64,000 nucleotides of DNA from Octopus vulgaris (taxonomy: Eukaryota). Shown piece after piece: positions 38,190 to 51,986 of this stretch. The stretch is taken from assembly GCA_951406725.2 (NCBI GenBank), contig OX597827.1:7440001-7504000 (forward strand), in the 5' to 3' direction. How positions within the stretch are numbered: position 1 is the stretch's first letter; every line of letters begins with the position of its first letter. The notes below the pieces were generated by a model. The model was not told the origin of the DNA, did no database searches, and saw only the letters and a program-made list of their open reading frames with translations. Both the position numbers and the translations under genes were made by a program.

Positions 38190-38991
38190 ATAACGATGAC
38201 GGCAATGACGATGATGACAATGACGACGATGATGATGATGACGGCGATGGCGATGAAGATAATGATGATGATGATGACGGCAATGGCGATGAAGATGATG
38301 ATGATGATGATGATGACGGCAATGAAGATGATGATGATGACGATGATGATGATGACGACAATGATGATGGTGATGATGATGACGACGATGACGATGAAGA
38401 TGATGATGATGATGATGACGGCAATGGCAATGAAGATGATGATGATGATGATGATGATGGTGACAGCGATGGCGATGAAGATGATGACGATGATGATGAT
38501 GACCATGATGCCAATGCTAGTAACACTTCCAACAACAACAACAACAACAATGGCGCCATGGCTACAGCCAATACCACTGCTGTTACAAATGCTGTCAATG
38601 TTGATGCTGACAGTAATAACAACAACAACATTAATGATAATAATCATGATAATGATTACTGATGATGATGATAATGATGATGATGACAGCTACAATGATG
38701 ATGACGATGGCGATGGTAGCAATGGTGGTGGTTGTGGTGGTGGCAGCAGAGCATTTGAGAATGTATTGCTGGTGGTGGTAGTGGTGATGATGATGATGGT
38801 GGTGGTGGTAGTGGTGATGATGATGATGATGATGATGGTGAGGAGTAAGGGGAGGATGATGCTGATGATGATAATGATGATGCTGATGATGATGATGATG
38901 ATAATAATGATGATGATGGTGGTGGTGGTGGTGATGATGATGATGGTGAGGAGTAAGGGGAAGATGATGATGATGATGATGATGATGATAC

Positions 38992-39022
<31 letters not shown>

Positions 39023-39050
39023 GGTGATGATGATGATATTAATGATGAAG
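38190..39050. repeat. (GAT)n/(GGT)n compound microsatellite
   Basis: Directly visible. Confidence 0.93.
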
Positions 39051-39414
39051 TGTATGAAGATTACATTGACAACGACAACAGCAGGAAGCGGAGATTAAAA
39101 AACAAAAACTATAGATCGGAAAAGAAAATAATAAAATTTTGTTTTCCTTTATTTATTTATTTATTTATTTATTTATTTGTTTATTATTTTTTTTTTTTAC
39201 TTTCAACTAAATTTTTCTTGTAAAACAATTATGTTTTAACATGCTTCACAAGTAGTTTGCTTCTGGGGGTTTTTGTGAAGGGTCAAAAAACAAAAATAAA
39301 TCAATAAATAAAATATGAAAAAAAAAATTTCTCTGAAATGATTTTAAATAAAATTTTTTAGCCATCGTAATAATAATGATAAATACGATAATAACAGTAA
39401 TAATAATAGTAATA

Positions 39415-39498
<84 letters not shown>

Positions 39499-39964
39499 GT
39501 GAAGATTATCTTAGGTTTCAACATCAACATGACCTTTAGAAAGAGTTTTCTTGCAAGAACTAACTGTCACTCATTTCATACAACATTCAGATTTTAGGAT
39601 GTTTTTTTTTTTTTTTTGCCCCAAAGTATGTTTCTTTTAGAAGGTGACCTTTTATAAAAGAGTTTTTTTTTTCAAATATTTTCTTAAATTATTTATGATG
39701 AAACAAACATAAATCTCTCTCTCTCTCTCTCTCTTTCTATTGCATTTCGAAAATCATATTATATGAAGAATTTACCCATGATCCTCTTTATCTTGTATTA
39801 CTTACTGTGTTTCGAAGCAGCTCATGGCTGTTCCATAAATTTTAATTAGGTTGTTGTGTTTGGCAGTTGATATTATTTTAGTCAAGAGATAAGTAACAAC
39901 ATCCTAATACGTGGAGCAGAAATTATCAAGCTCGGCTGCTACACAGGATTAACACTGCATATAT

Positions 39965-40108
39965 ATCATCATCATCGTTTAACGTCCGTTTTCCGCGCTA
40001 ACATGGGTTGGACGGTTCGACCGGGGTCTGGGAAGCCAGAAGGCTGCACCAGGCTCCAGTCTGATCTGGCAGTGTTTCTACAGCTGGATGCCCTTCCTAA
40101 TGCCAACT
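39965..40108 (-). mobile_element. Family C 3' fragment
   Basis: CATCATCGTTTAACGTCCG...GGATGCCCTTCC. Confidence 0.85.
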
Positions 40109-40462
40109 ATATATATATGTTGCCAGTGATATATAGCAACATCCAATAGTGTGGTTGATCCTGTGATACTGTAATATATATATATATATATATAGATATA
40201 TATATATGTTTCGTATACATTCGATCCTTTTTCCAAGAAATCTAATGCTCGGAGCTTAGTTTTTCCTTGGGGCTGGCCGGATCGGAGCAATATCAGGATT
40301 AATCAGCCGAAATTGCTAAGATGATCCGGTTCCTGACTGAAAATTAGAGGCTTCGAATGACCTGTCTGTTTTTTTGTGTCGTTCCTTTGTGTGGTTTGCG
40401 TTCTTGTCCCCGTTTGTACATTTTATATATAAGTTTTATACATATATATATATGTATATATA

Positions 40463-40672
40463 TAGTAATCTCTCAACTGTCATGGGTGTTACATTCCCAA
40501 ACCCCCACAATAGGTGAAAATTTGCAAAGTAGAATTCATTGCACATAAACTTTATTGGTCTGAAGCAGAAATTTTTCATGGCCCCTGAAAAATTATTGTG
40601 GATGCCCAATTTACTATATTGTATCTTTGGACTCCCAAAAGTCTTATATGGAACCCCAGTTGAGAACCCCTG
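40463..40672. mobile_element. Possible hAT-type MITE
   Basis: Right end GTTGAGAACCCCTG (= CAGGGGTTCTCAAC); degenerate left end ...TCTCAAC; no clear 8-bp TSD. Confidence 0.35.
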
Positions 40673-40923
40673 CACCAAATGATCATGGCTGGACCACTTT
40701 TGAGTATAGGGATGTCGTGGGGTTAAACAAACAACGACAACAATGCACCCATAGCACCTTACTCTTCCCTCTCTCAAATTGCTCAACAACATGTAATGCA
40801 TAAGCCATGAGCTTGAGGAAATTGTAGTTAAATTTTCTGGAAACTACATGTGTACAATCAAAAAAAATAAAAATGGATGGATACTTTGTACAATGTAGTC
40901 TATGTTAAATTGTGTTGGATGTA

Positions 40924-41088
40924 GGCGCAGGAGTGGCTGTGTGGTAAGTAGCTTGTTTACCAACCACATGGCTCCGGGTTCAGTCCCACTGCGTGGCACC
41001 TTGGGCAAGTGACTTCTACTATAGCCTCGGGCTGACCAAAGTCTTGTGAGTGGATTTGGTAGACGGAAACTGAAAGAAGCCCGTCGTA

Positions 41089-41126
<38 letters not shown>

Positions 41127-41310
41127 TTTGTGTGTCTGTGTTTGTCCCCCTAGCATTGCTTGACAAGTGATGCTGGTGTGTTTATGTCCCCGTTACTTAG
41201 CGGTTCGGCAAAAGTACTGGGCTTACAAAAAAATAAGTCCCGGGGTCGAGTTGCTCGATTAAAGGCGGTGCTCCAGCATGGCCACAGTCAAATGACTGAA
41301 ACAAGTAAAA
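40924..41310 (+). mobile_element. SINE family A
   Basis: Near full-length match. Confidence 0.9.
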
Positions 41311-41646
41311 AATTAAAAAAAAAAAAAAAGAGATGAAAAAAGAAAGAAAATCAGGAATGCTTTTTTTTTATCAAAAGTCTGATAGATTAGGCCTTACTTA
41401 GGGCTACACAACAATAACAGCTAGAAGATAATTTAGTTAGCTTCTGCAAAAAAAAAAAAAAGATCTTAATTAATTGAAATTTTCCATTTGGAGAAAAAGT
41501 AAGAAAAAAATTACAAACCTAACAGCAATTTTTAGTGACTTGCAATTAAAAGAAGAAATAATTTCAAAGTAGATTTACATGCTTGTAGGTAAGAAAGTAG
41601 CAATTGCTGTTAGTTGTTTTTTTAAATATTTTATTTAACAAACAAA

Positions 41647-42053
41647 GGCGCAGGAGTGGCTGTGTGGTAAGTAGCTTGCTAACCAACCACATGGTTCCGG
41701 GTTCAGTCCCACTGTGTGGCATCTTGGGCAAGTGTCTTCTGCTATAGCCTCGGGCCGACCAATGCCTTGTGAGTGGATTTGGTAGGCGGAAACTGAAAGA
41801 AGCCTGTCGTATATATGTGTTTATATATATATGCGTTTGTGTGTCTGTATTTGTCCCCCTAGCATTGCTTGACAACCGATGCTGGTGTGTTTACGTCCCC
41901 GTCACTTAGCGGTTTGGCAAAAGAGACCGATAGAATAAGTACGGGGCTTACAAAGAATAAGTCCCGGGGTCGATTTGCTCGACTAAAGGCGGTGCTCCAG
42001 CATGGCCGCAGTCAAATGACTGAAACAAGTAAAAGAGTAAAAGAGTAAAGAGT
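41647..42053 (+). mobile_element. SINE family A
   Basis: Full-length match. Confidence 0.92.
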
Positions 42054-42576
42054 AAACTGATTAAGAATTGTTTACATCATCCATGAACTTAATTATCCCT
42101 ATTCATGTCATTGGTCCATTTGAGTTATTTTCCTTAGTTTATAATCTTTTATCTTTTTCTTTTTTTAACTTGTTTCAGTCATTGGACTGTGGCCATGCTG
42201 GGGCACTGCTTTCAAAATTTTGTTAGTAAAACAAATTGACCCCAGTGCTTTTTGCTAAAGCCTGGTTGAATAACAACCAGTCTCTTTAGCCCAATCACTA
42301 AGTTATGGGAAGGCAAACGAGCCAACACCAATTATCAAGCAGGACAGATACAGACACAAAGACACAGATATATACCCAATAGAGACAAACACTGATGTTC
42401 CATGCATTAGACTTGATAATTGTTGAGGGCATCCTTATCATGAAACCAATGGTAGCCTTAATCTACAATTAAAGACACCCTTAAAGCCAGGAATTTTCAG
42501 CACCCCTTGTATATATGTATTATATTTGTGATATGTATGTAATAATTATATATTATGCACTCTATTGGTTTCTGCA

Positions 42577-43192
42577 TACTGAAAATCTCTTGGCTTTAGG
42601 TAAAAGAAAATACAGGCGAATCAATTGATTACTCATTTTTACTCTTTTACTCTTTTACTTGTTTCAGTCATTTGACTGTGGCCATGCTGCAGCACAGCCT
42701 TTAATCAAGCAACTTGACCCCGGGACTTATTCTTTGTAAGCCCAGTACTTATTCTATCGGTCTCTTTTGCCGAACTGCTAAGTGACGGGGACATAAACAC
42801 ACCAGCATCACTTGTCAAGCAATGCTAGGGGGACAAACACAAACATACACGCATACATATATGCATATATACGACAGGCTTCTTTCAGTTTCCGTCTACC
42901 AAATCCACTCACAAGGCTTTGCTTGGCTTGAGGCTATAGTAGAAGACACTTGCCCAAGGTGCCACGCAGTGGGACTGAACCTAGAGCCATGTGGTTGGTA
43001 AACAAGCTACTTACCACACAGCCACTCCTGCATCTTTTATATTTTTTTTAACATATTCCCCTTTCAGATTCACACATTTATTGCAGCAGTCCTTCAGTTT
43101 TTCTAAGTCCTGCAAAAGAACTTAGAAGTTTGGGCCTCCAAACAGGCTTTTCATGCCACCCTTAAAGCCAGGAACTTTTCAGCACTCTCTCG
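42577..43192. mobile_element. Mariner-type MITE interrupted by a minus-strand family A SINE (42640-43031)
   Basis: Right TIR AAAGCCAGGAACTTTTCAGCACTCTCTCG|TA; degenerate left TIR CTGAAAATCTCTTGGCTTTAGG; extra right-TIR fragment at 42474-42509. Confidence 0.7.
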
Positions 43193-43636
43193 TATAGGTC
43201 GTGGAAACTGAGTAAATGGCCGTGTGAGTCCTAAAACTCAAGACAAGACTTACTTATTCATGTGATGAGTAACAAGAATTTCCTGCATGCAACCAGGATG
43301 AAAGGATTGAGAGCTGCTGCTGTAGCATAATAATAGGACAAATATAAAGGAAAGTATTGTTTAGTATGTATATCCATGAGACAAAAGTGGGTGGGGCTAC
43401 AGAATGTTCAACCCCTAAATTAGGACTGAAGTAGCCCTTGCTTTGCACAAGTGTACCTCAGTGTGTATCTACAGAGTTGCATAAATAAATTGGTAGTACA
43501 TACATGCAAACACACATACATTTATACATAGATGCATTTATATATATATTTCAGTTGAATATACAGACATGCATACAACACACATTTATATCTCCCTCTA
43601 TCTCTTGCTCTATCTTGCTCCCTATATCTCTCACTT

Positions 43637-43728
<92 letters not shown>

Positions 43729-43741
43729 GGTAGATAGATAA

Positions 43742-43779
<38 letters not shown>

Positions 43780-44753
43780 TTAAACTGAGGAGAGTGTGAC
43801 AGCACAAAACAACTAGTGTTGAAATCTTGATCACATGCTCTCTCTCTCTCTCCCCATCACTCTAGCTCTCTGTTCCTCTCCCTCTCCCCCTCTTACTCTC
43901 TAATTAAGCTGGTGTTTTAGCATAGCGTAAAACAAATCTTCAAGGCAACAATAAACACACGTTCACAAGCAAGACACACAGTTCTGTTTGCTTTAGTTTG
44001 GCAGACTGATTAAAGAAAATGGTTCCACCCTTACTTCACAGTTGAGTGGTTAGTGGCAAGACAGGTATTGAACTGTAAAAGCAACAACTTCTCCAACTCA
44101 CCACCATTCAACAACCCACTCCTGCTAAAATGGATGACGAAAAAAAAAAAGAGTAAAAGAAAACAAAAAGCAAAGAATGATTATTATGTTCTGTGTTGGA
44201 GTGGGTGGCAGACCGAGAATTAACCTCAAATACTTTTTGTGAAAGTGAAAGTGAACCCCTTGTTATATGCATAAGAGAATTAATTATAACATGTCTCTGT
44301 TTCACTGAGTTATATTGCCTGTGAGGAGAGTCTTAAGGATGCTCAGAATCACGGTGATGCATTTGCTAATCAAGTGTTCTCTATAAACTTGGTGTTTTAA
44401 CCAAAAACTGTTTCCACAGCAAGAGGCAAAAATCAAACATTGACGATTCAAAGAGAGCGACCCACACTTTCTCATCCCCGCCCACCAAATCTCCCTTGTG
44501 ATAAATATCCACTGGCTCCTCTATACTACTTCATGGCTTGAACAGCCACCTCAGGCGCCAGCAGCCCTTTGCACCCATCAAGATGAAGAGACTCAATCAC
44601 TAGGTATAAATCTACTACTCAGATATGAATTAACGCTGCCGATGACTAGATTAAGTCACAGCAGGTGTGCTGTAACAAGGTGTAAAATAAATTTTTCAGG
44701 TGTTTTTGTTCTTGTTATTGTTTAGTCCCAGTCAACTGAGTTTAATGGGCAGC

Positions 44754-44810
<57 letters not shown>

Positions 44811-44847
44811 TTAATAATAATAATAATAATAGTAATAATAATAATAA

Positions 44848-45403
44848 ATGCCCCGATACAGTATCAGGCAGTGGCTGTCATAGCTTTTGATATTAACTGA
44901 TTGGAAGTGTTATCATGTACATTGTTTTGTCTTGGTATAAAAGATGGGCTTCAGCAAATATTCTGCTCAATACCACAGATTTGCTTGTCAGTAGTTTGAC
45001 TTTAACCAGTTGAGCATGTCCCTTAGTGGCTGATGATATGTGCATCTCTGATCAGGAGCAGAAGTAGTGGGGGAGCATCATAACCATGTGTTGAAAGGGA
45101 TTCTTTGGGGTTTGAATAATTCACCTCTGGAAACATGGGTGTTTCGTTCAACATACTTAAACGACCCTTATTCAGGGACCTTTTGAGTGGGATGGGTTAC
45201 TTGACCAGAAGAAAATTCTAACTGGGCCCCACCTGCAAGGTCATATGCTGTTTATCTTGATATGAGATCACCATGTCATGCACATATGGTTGTTATGCAT
45301 GTACCTGGTGTACCCTTATCATATGAGTAGTCATGATGGGTATACTGGGTTTCGTATATTTCTACCCCATGTCACTTTGATGGCATGCACTGCCCTCTCA
45401 CTC
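44848..45403. mobile_element. Unclassified ~555-bp non-coding insert flanked by (TAA)n on both sides
   Basis: Higher-complexity block with sharp boundaries inside an AAT microsatellite; single copy in this window. Confidence 0.5.
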
Positions 45404-45673
45404 AATAATAATAATAGTAATAATAATAATAATGATAATAATGAACTTATTGTATACAGTACTCAAATCATCAGAGAACTTATAATAAAACTTCTTCCAA
45501 TCCTGGCTTTCCTCTCTGTTTCTCAGACACAATGTATTCAGTACCAAACTATGCAATGTTTCACTAGCTTTTTTTTAAAAAAATGTAAGATATGACATCT
45601 ATGTTTTAATGGGAAGGATTGTGTGTGTGCTTGTGTACATATATGCATGAATATGTGGAAGTGTGTGAGTGAG

Positions 45674-45704
<31 letters not shown>

Positions 45705-45786
45705 GACTGGAAGAAAGAGGAGTGAGAGAGCAAGAGAGAGAAAAAGACAGACTGACAGAAAGAGAAGGAGAGAGTGTGTGTGAACA

Positions 45787-46694
<908 letters not shown>

Positions 46695-46780
46695 TAGTAA
46701 ATATATAGAAAATAAGTCTAACCAAATTATGAGCTATACTCATACATACACACTTATATCTTTATATATGTGTGCATATA

Positions 46781-47010
46781 AGGCGGCGAGCTGGCAGAAA
46801 CGTTAGCACGCCGGGCGAAATTCGTAGCCGTATTTTGTCTGTCGTTGCGTTCCGAGTTCAAATTCCGCCGAGGTCGACTTTGCCTTTCATCCTTTTGGGG
46901 TCGATAAATTAAGTACCAGTTACGCACTGGGGTCGATGTAATCGACTTAATCCCTTTGTCTGTCCTTGTTTGTCCCCTCTGTGTTTAGCCCCTTGTGGGT
47001 AATAAAGAAA
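46781..47010 (+). mobile_element. SINE family B, young copy with TSD
   Basis: GGCGGCGAGCTGGCAGAAACG head and GAGTTCAAATTCC B box; TSD TATATATGTGTGCATAT on both sides. Confidence 0.9.
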
Positions 47011-47049
47011 TATATATGTGTGCATATGTTTATATTTGATGCCTGAAAA

Positions 47050-47378
47050 TACATACATACATACATACATGCATACATACATACATACATAGATACATAC
47101 ATGCATGCATAATACATACATACATGCATACATACATACATACATACTTACATACCTACATGCACACACATACACATACATATATACATACACACACATA
47201 TACAGACATCCATACATATATGAATGTTATATGTATGAGTGAAAGTATGTGTGTCTGCATGTATATATATACATACATACATATACAAACATGCATGCAT
47301 GCATGCATGCATACATACATACATACAAACATACATATATATATATACATACGTACATATATACATACATACATACAA

Positions 47379-47417
<39 letters not shown>

Positions 47418-47565
47418 CATACATATATACATACATGCATGCATACATACATACATACATACATACATACATACATACATACATACATACATACATACAT
47501 ACATACATACTTACATATATACATGCATGCATACGTACATACATATATATCTATGTGTGTATGTA
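47050..47565. repeat. (TACA)n/(TGCA)n microsatellite
   Basis: Directly visible. Confidence 0.93.
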
Positions 47566-47805
47566 TATCAAGTGGTCTAGGTAGAGAGAGCTTGTTAATG
47601 TGTCTGAGAAAATGACAAGATGGACATGGTTTCATTGTAGCCTAATAAATGAAGAGGCATTTATGCAGTTGCTTAGCCTACAAGAAATAACAACCAAATC
47701 CCTCACAAATCCTACCTTGTCATTTTTACATAAAGGAAAGTATATTATTGGATAATGCTGTCTTAGTCAAAATAGATCAGATGGTCATGGCTGGAATCCA
47801 TTTAA

Positions 47806-48357
47806 TCATACCCCTATCTTGCCCAGGACATCAATCGTCTGGAAGCTGTTCAGCAACGTGCAACCAAAAGAATACCCTCCATCAGGCATTTGCCATATCC
47901 TCAACGCCTTACTTCCCTGGGCATGGACACATTGAAACTCCGACGTCTGGCAGCTGACTTGGCAGACACCCATAAAATTATCAACCATCGCACAAACAAT
48001 AACTCTGAGCACCTCTTCAAACTCCACCCATCTAACACCCGTGGACATATTTACAAAGTAAGAAAACAGCACAGCTCCCATGACTTCAGGAAACATTTTT
48101 TCACGCTGAGAGTTGCTGAAGTGTGGAACAAACTGCCGGCATCGGTTGTTAGTTGTCGGAGCACTGCATCCTTCAAAACTTCCATGCTTCCTGAGATTCG
48201 CCAACACTACACTTGATTTTCTCCCTCCATACACACACAAGCATGTTCACTTTCCAGATATTTCTACATTACTGCATGTACTTTATATGCACTTTCTGAC
48301 AAGTTGTGGTGCACCTGAGCACTGTATACAATATTTTCATTATTATTATTATTATTA
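47806..48357 (+). mobile_element. CR1-type LINE 3' fragment
   Basis: PYLAQDINRLEAVQQRATKRIP...LKLRRLAADL...TRGH...FFTLRVAEVWNKLP; (ATT)n tail. Confidence 0.9.
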
Positions 48358-49085
48358 TAGATCTGATTGATCAGGGCTGGTCCAAGGGTTTAAATAGTGA
48401 TAACAAGAACAGAGCTGGCCCTTCATACTGCGCCAATTATACAAAATAAGACAAGGCTTCATTGTATTTACTGCATAGTATTCATGTGGCATATACTTCA
48501 AATTTCTATGCCTATGGTTGAAATATTCTCTTGATTTTTAGAGAAGTGAAAAATGGAACAGTGAGTTATAATGAGCTCATTAAATCTTAATTACTTATTA
48601 AACAACCAATATCATTTATGTGGCATCAGAAGAGAAAAAAATAATGCAAATAATATATTAAAAATTATTTTTTGTGACAATTCATCATTGCTGTAATATG
48701 ATGATGTTACTACAGTGAAGGAAGCATAGCATGAAAGTAAAATTGATGATTTTTTTTTGTGGCAGACAATGCGTAATATGACACATGAAACCATCATTGA
48801 TATATTGTAGAACCTGCTAGAGGTCAAGTTTTAGGAAACCACAGAAAGTAATTTATAATATTACTTGCTTCAGGCAACTGCTGTAAAGTAGAATGTGAGC
48901 ATTCAATGAGTTAAGTCTACTGCCTTGTTTCAATCTCCAGCTGGTAATTATTCTACATTGTTTAGTGAATTAGCATTGGTTGTCCGAGTGTCGAGTGGAG
49001 TACTTTCTGATATTTTGATTCAGCTCCCTTACGCTCTGTGTTCAAATCCTACTGAGGTCAAGTTTTCCTTTTATACTTCCATAGT

Positions 49086-49258
49086 GGTGTAGGAGTGACT
49101 GTGCGGTAAGTAGCTTGCTTACGAACCACATGCTTCCGGGTTCAGTCCCACTGCTTGGCACATTGGGCAAGTGTCTTCTACTATAGCCTCGGGCCGACCA
49201 AAGCCTTGTGAGTGGATTTGGTAGACAGAAACTGAAAGAAACCCGTCGTATATATGTA

Positions 49259-49292
<34 letters not shown>

Positions 49293-49454
49293 GGTGCAGG
49301 AGTGGCTGTGTGGTAAGTAACTTGCTTACCAACCACATGGTTCCGGGTTCAGTCCCACTGCTTGGCACCTTGGGCAAGTGTCTTCTACTATAGCCTCGGG
49401 CCGACCAAAGCCTTGTGAGTGGATTTGGTAGACGGAAACTGAAAGAAGCCGTCG

Positions 49455-49504
<50 letters not shown>

Positions 49505-49664
49505 TGCAGGAGTGGCTGTGTGGTAAGTAACTTGCTTACCAACCACATGGTTCCGGGTTCAGTCCCACTGCTTGGCACCTTGGGCAAGTGTCTTCTACTA
49601 TAGCCTCGGGCCGACCAAAGCCTTGTGAGTGGATTTGGTAGACGGAAACTGAAAGAAGCCGTTG

Positions 49665-49711
<47 letters not shown>

Positions 49712-49940
49712 GTATGTGTGTGTGTATATGTTTGTGTGTCTGTGTTTGTTCCCCCAACATCGTTTGACAACCGATACTGGTGTGTTTACATCCCCGTAAC
49801 TTAGCGGTTTGGCAAAAGAGACTGATAGAATAAGTACTAGGCTTACAAAGAATAAGTCCTGGGGTCGATTTGCTTGACTAAAAGTGGTACTCCAGCATGG
49901 CCACAGTGAAATGACTGAAACATGTAAAAGAGTAAAAAGA
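49086..49940 (+). mobile_element. SINE family A with triplicated 5' half
   Basis: Heads at 49086, 49293 and 49503, each ending in (TA)n; single 3' half. Confidence 0.92.
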
Positions 49941-50295
49941 GAGAGAGTTTTCTAAATAAAGTATCAATAAAGAGTGGGGGATTAGAATTGTTAGAGCATT
50001 AGACAAGCTATCTTGCAGTATCTGTTTCAAGTCTTGGCATTCTGGGTTCAAATCCTCTGTTGGTTAACTTAGCTTTTTATCTAGTTGGAGGGGAGAAGGG
50101 TTCAGTAAGTAAATACCAAATCAAGATGGTGGATTAGCAGAATTATTTGGGCATCATATGAGGTAAGTAACAGTCATTTTTACAGGTTCTTTGCATTGTG
50201 AGCTCAGATGTCACCTGTCACTGGTTTTCTCATTGAGCCTTTGAGAGAATAAAATAAAAAACAATTGGTTGCCAATGTCTGATAGAGTGATACAT

Positions 50296-50945
50296 TCATC
50301 ATCATCATCATCATCATTTAACGTCCGCTTTCCATGCTAGCATGGGTTGGACGGTTCAACTGGGGTCTGGGGAGCCCGAAGGCTGCACCAGGCCAGTCAG
50401 ATCTGGCAGTGTTTCTACAGCTGGATGCCCTTCCTAACGCCAACCACTCCGAGAGTGTAGTGGGTGATTTTATGTGCCACCGACACAGGTGCCAGACGAG
50501 GCTGGCGAACGGCCACGCTCGGATGGTGTTTTTATGTGCCACCGACACAGGTGCCAGATGAGGCTGGCAGACGGCCACGCTCGGATGGTGTTTTTATGTG
50601 CCACCGACACAGGTGCCAGATGAGGCTGGCGAACGGCCACGCTCGGATGGTGTTTTTTATGTGCCACCGACACAGGTGCCAGATGAGGCTGGCAGACGGC
50701 CACGCTCGGATGGTATTTTTATGTGCCACCAACACAGGTGCCAGATGAGGCTGGCAGACGGCCACGCTCGGATGGTATTTTTATGTGCCACCGACACAGG
50801 TGCCAGATGAGGCTGGCGAACGGCCACGATCGGATGGTGTTTGTTACGTGCCCACAGCACGGAGGCCAGTCGATGCGGTACTGGCTACGGCCACGTTCGG
50901 ACGGTTTTCTTGTGTGCCACAAAGATACAAATTCCATTGATGTTC
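50296..50945 (-). mobile_element. Family C copy with expanded 62-bp internal array (50471-50844)
   Basis: Six near-identical units with periods of 62-63 bp. Confidence 0.9.
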
Positions 50946-51107
50946 ATCTATTTTGATTTGTTTTGATAACTGTTGAAAAGCTTTGGTTGCATCAATGTAA
51001 ATAGAATAAACAGCACAAAGCAAGGTAAATACTTAGAACAGCAAATAGATATATTATGTATTAATCAGAGTGGTGTCCTCATCTTGGTTGTAACTTTTCA
51101 CTACATT

Positions 51108-51443
51108 TCCGTGCTGGTGGCACGTAAAAAGCACCATCCAAATCGTGGCCGATGCCAGCGCAGCCTTGACTGGCTTCTGTGCCAGTGGCATGTAAAATGC
51201 ACCAATCCAATCGTGGCCATTGCTAGCATCACCTGGCACCTGTGCAGGTGGCACGTAAAAAGCACCCACTACACTCATGGAGTGGTTGGCGTTAGGAAGG
51301 GCATCCAGCTGTAGAAACTCTGCCAGATCAGACTGGAGCCTAGTGCAGCCTTCTGGCTTCCCAGATCCCTGGTCTAACCGTCCAACCCATGCTAGCATGG
51401 AGAACGGACGTTAAACGATGATGATGATGATGATGATGATGAT
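51108..51443 (+). mobile_element. Family C copy
   Basis: Three GTGGCAYGTAAAA units followed by the common 3' end and (GAT)n. Confidence 0.88.
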
Positions 51444-51787
51444 GGTTTCAGGTGTGCACACTTCAAACTTCTTCAAGTGTCTTGTGATTTACATTAGTGA
51501 TTCACAAAAAATTATATAAGACGTTCTATTGTAAAAATTGTCCAGCAACAGTATGTGTGTCTGCATGTATATATATATATATATATACATACATACTATT
51601 CAGCTAGTACAAAAAAAAAAAAAGACAAAACTTCCATTTGGAGACTGCACAGCATTTCAGTGCCTTTATCTACCAAGCTATGTCCATAGGCAATGTCAGA
51701 ATGAACTCTTATGCTCACGGGTATAGTGTAATAGTGTAGAGGATAAAGGTGCTGAAATACTGTGCAGTCACAAAGGGAATCATGATA

Positions 51788-51830
51788 CACCTGAAGAAGG
51801 CTGGAGCATACAACAAGTGAAATGTAGTGA
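51788..51830 (+). ncRNA. Degenerate hammerhead motif in a probable PLE fragment
   Basis: CAC-CUGAAGA-AGGCUGG...-GAAA-UG-UA^-GUG; stem II decayed; downstream tail related to 51050-51110(-) and 54500-54553(+). Confidence 0.5.
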
Positions 51831-51867
51831 AAGAAATAAGACAAAGAACACCACAACGACTAATATA

Positions 51868-51948
51868 CAGGGTGGGCCAAAAGTTACGCACCAAAACATT
51901 TAGCATTTAATATAGTTATTATTATTATTATTGTTGTTGTTGTTGTTA

Positions 51949-51986
<38 letters not shown>

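Noticed and set aside
43250-43325. Possible small minus-strand exon (AG...GTAAGT)
   Set aside because: Short, no recognisable peptide and no supporting neighbours; such splice-like pairs are expected by chance.
45029-45068. CTGATGA...GAAG possible hammerhead in the TAA-flanked insert
   Set aside because: GAAG instead of GAAA, irregular stem II, no stem III or cleavage triplet.
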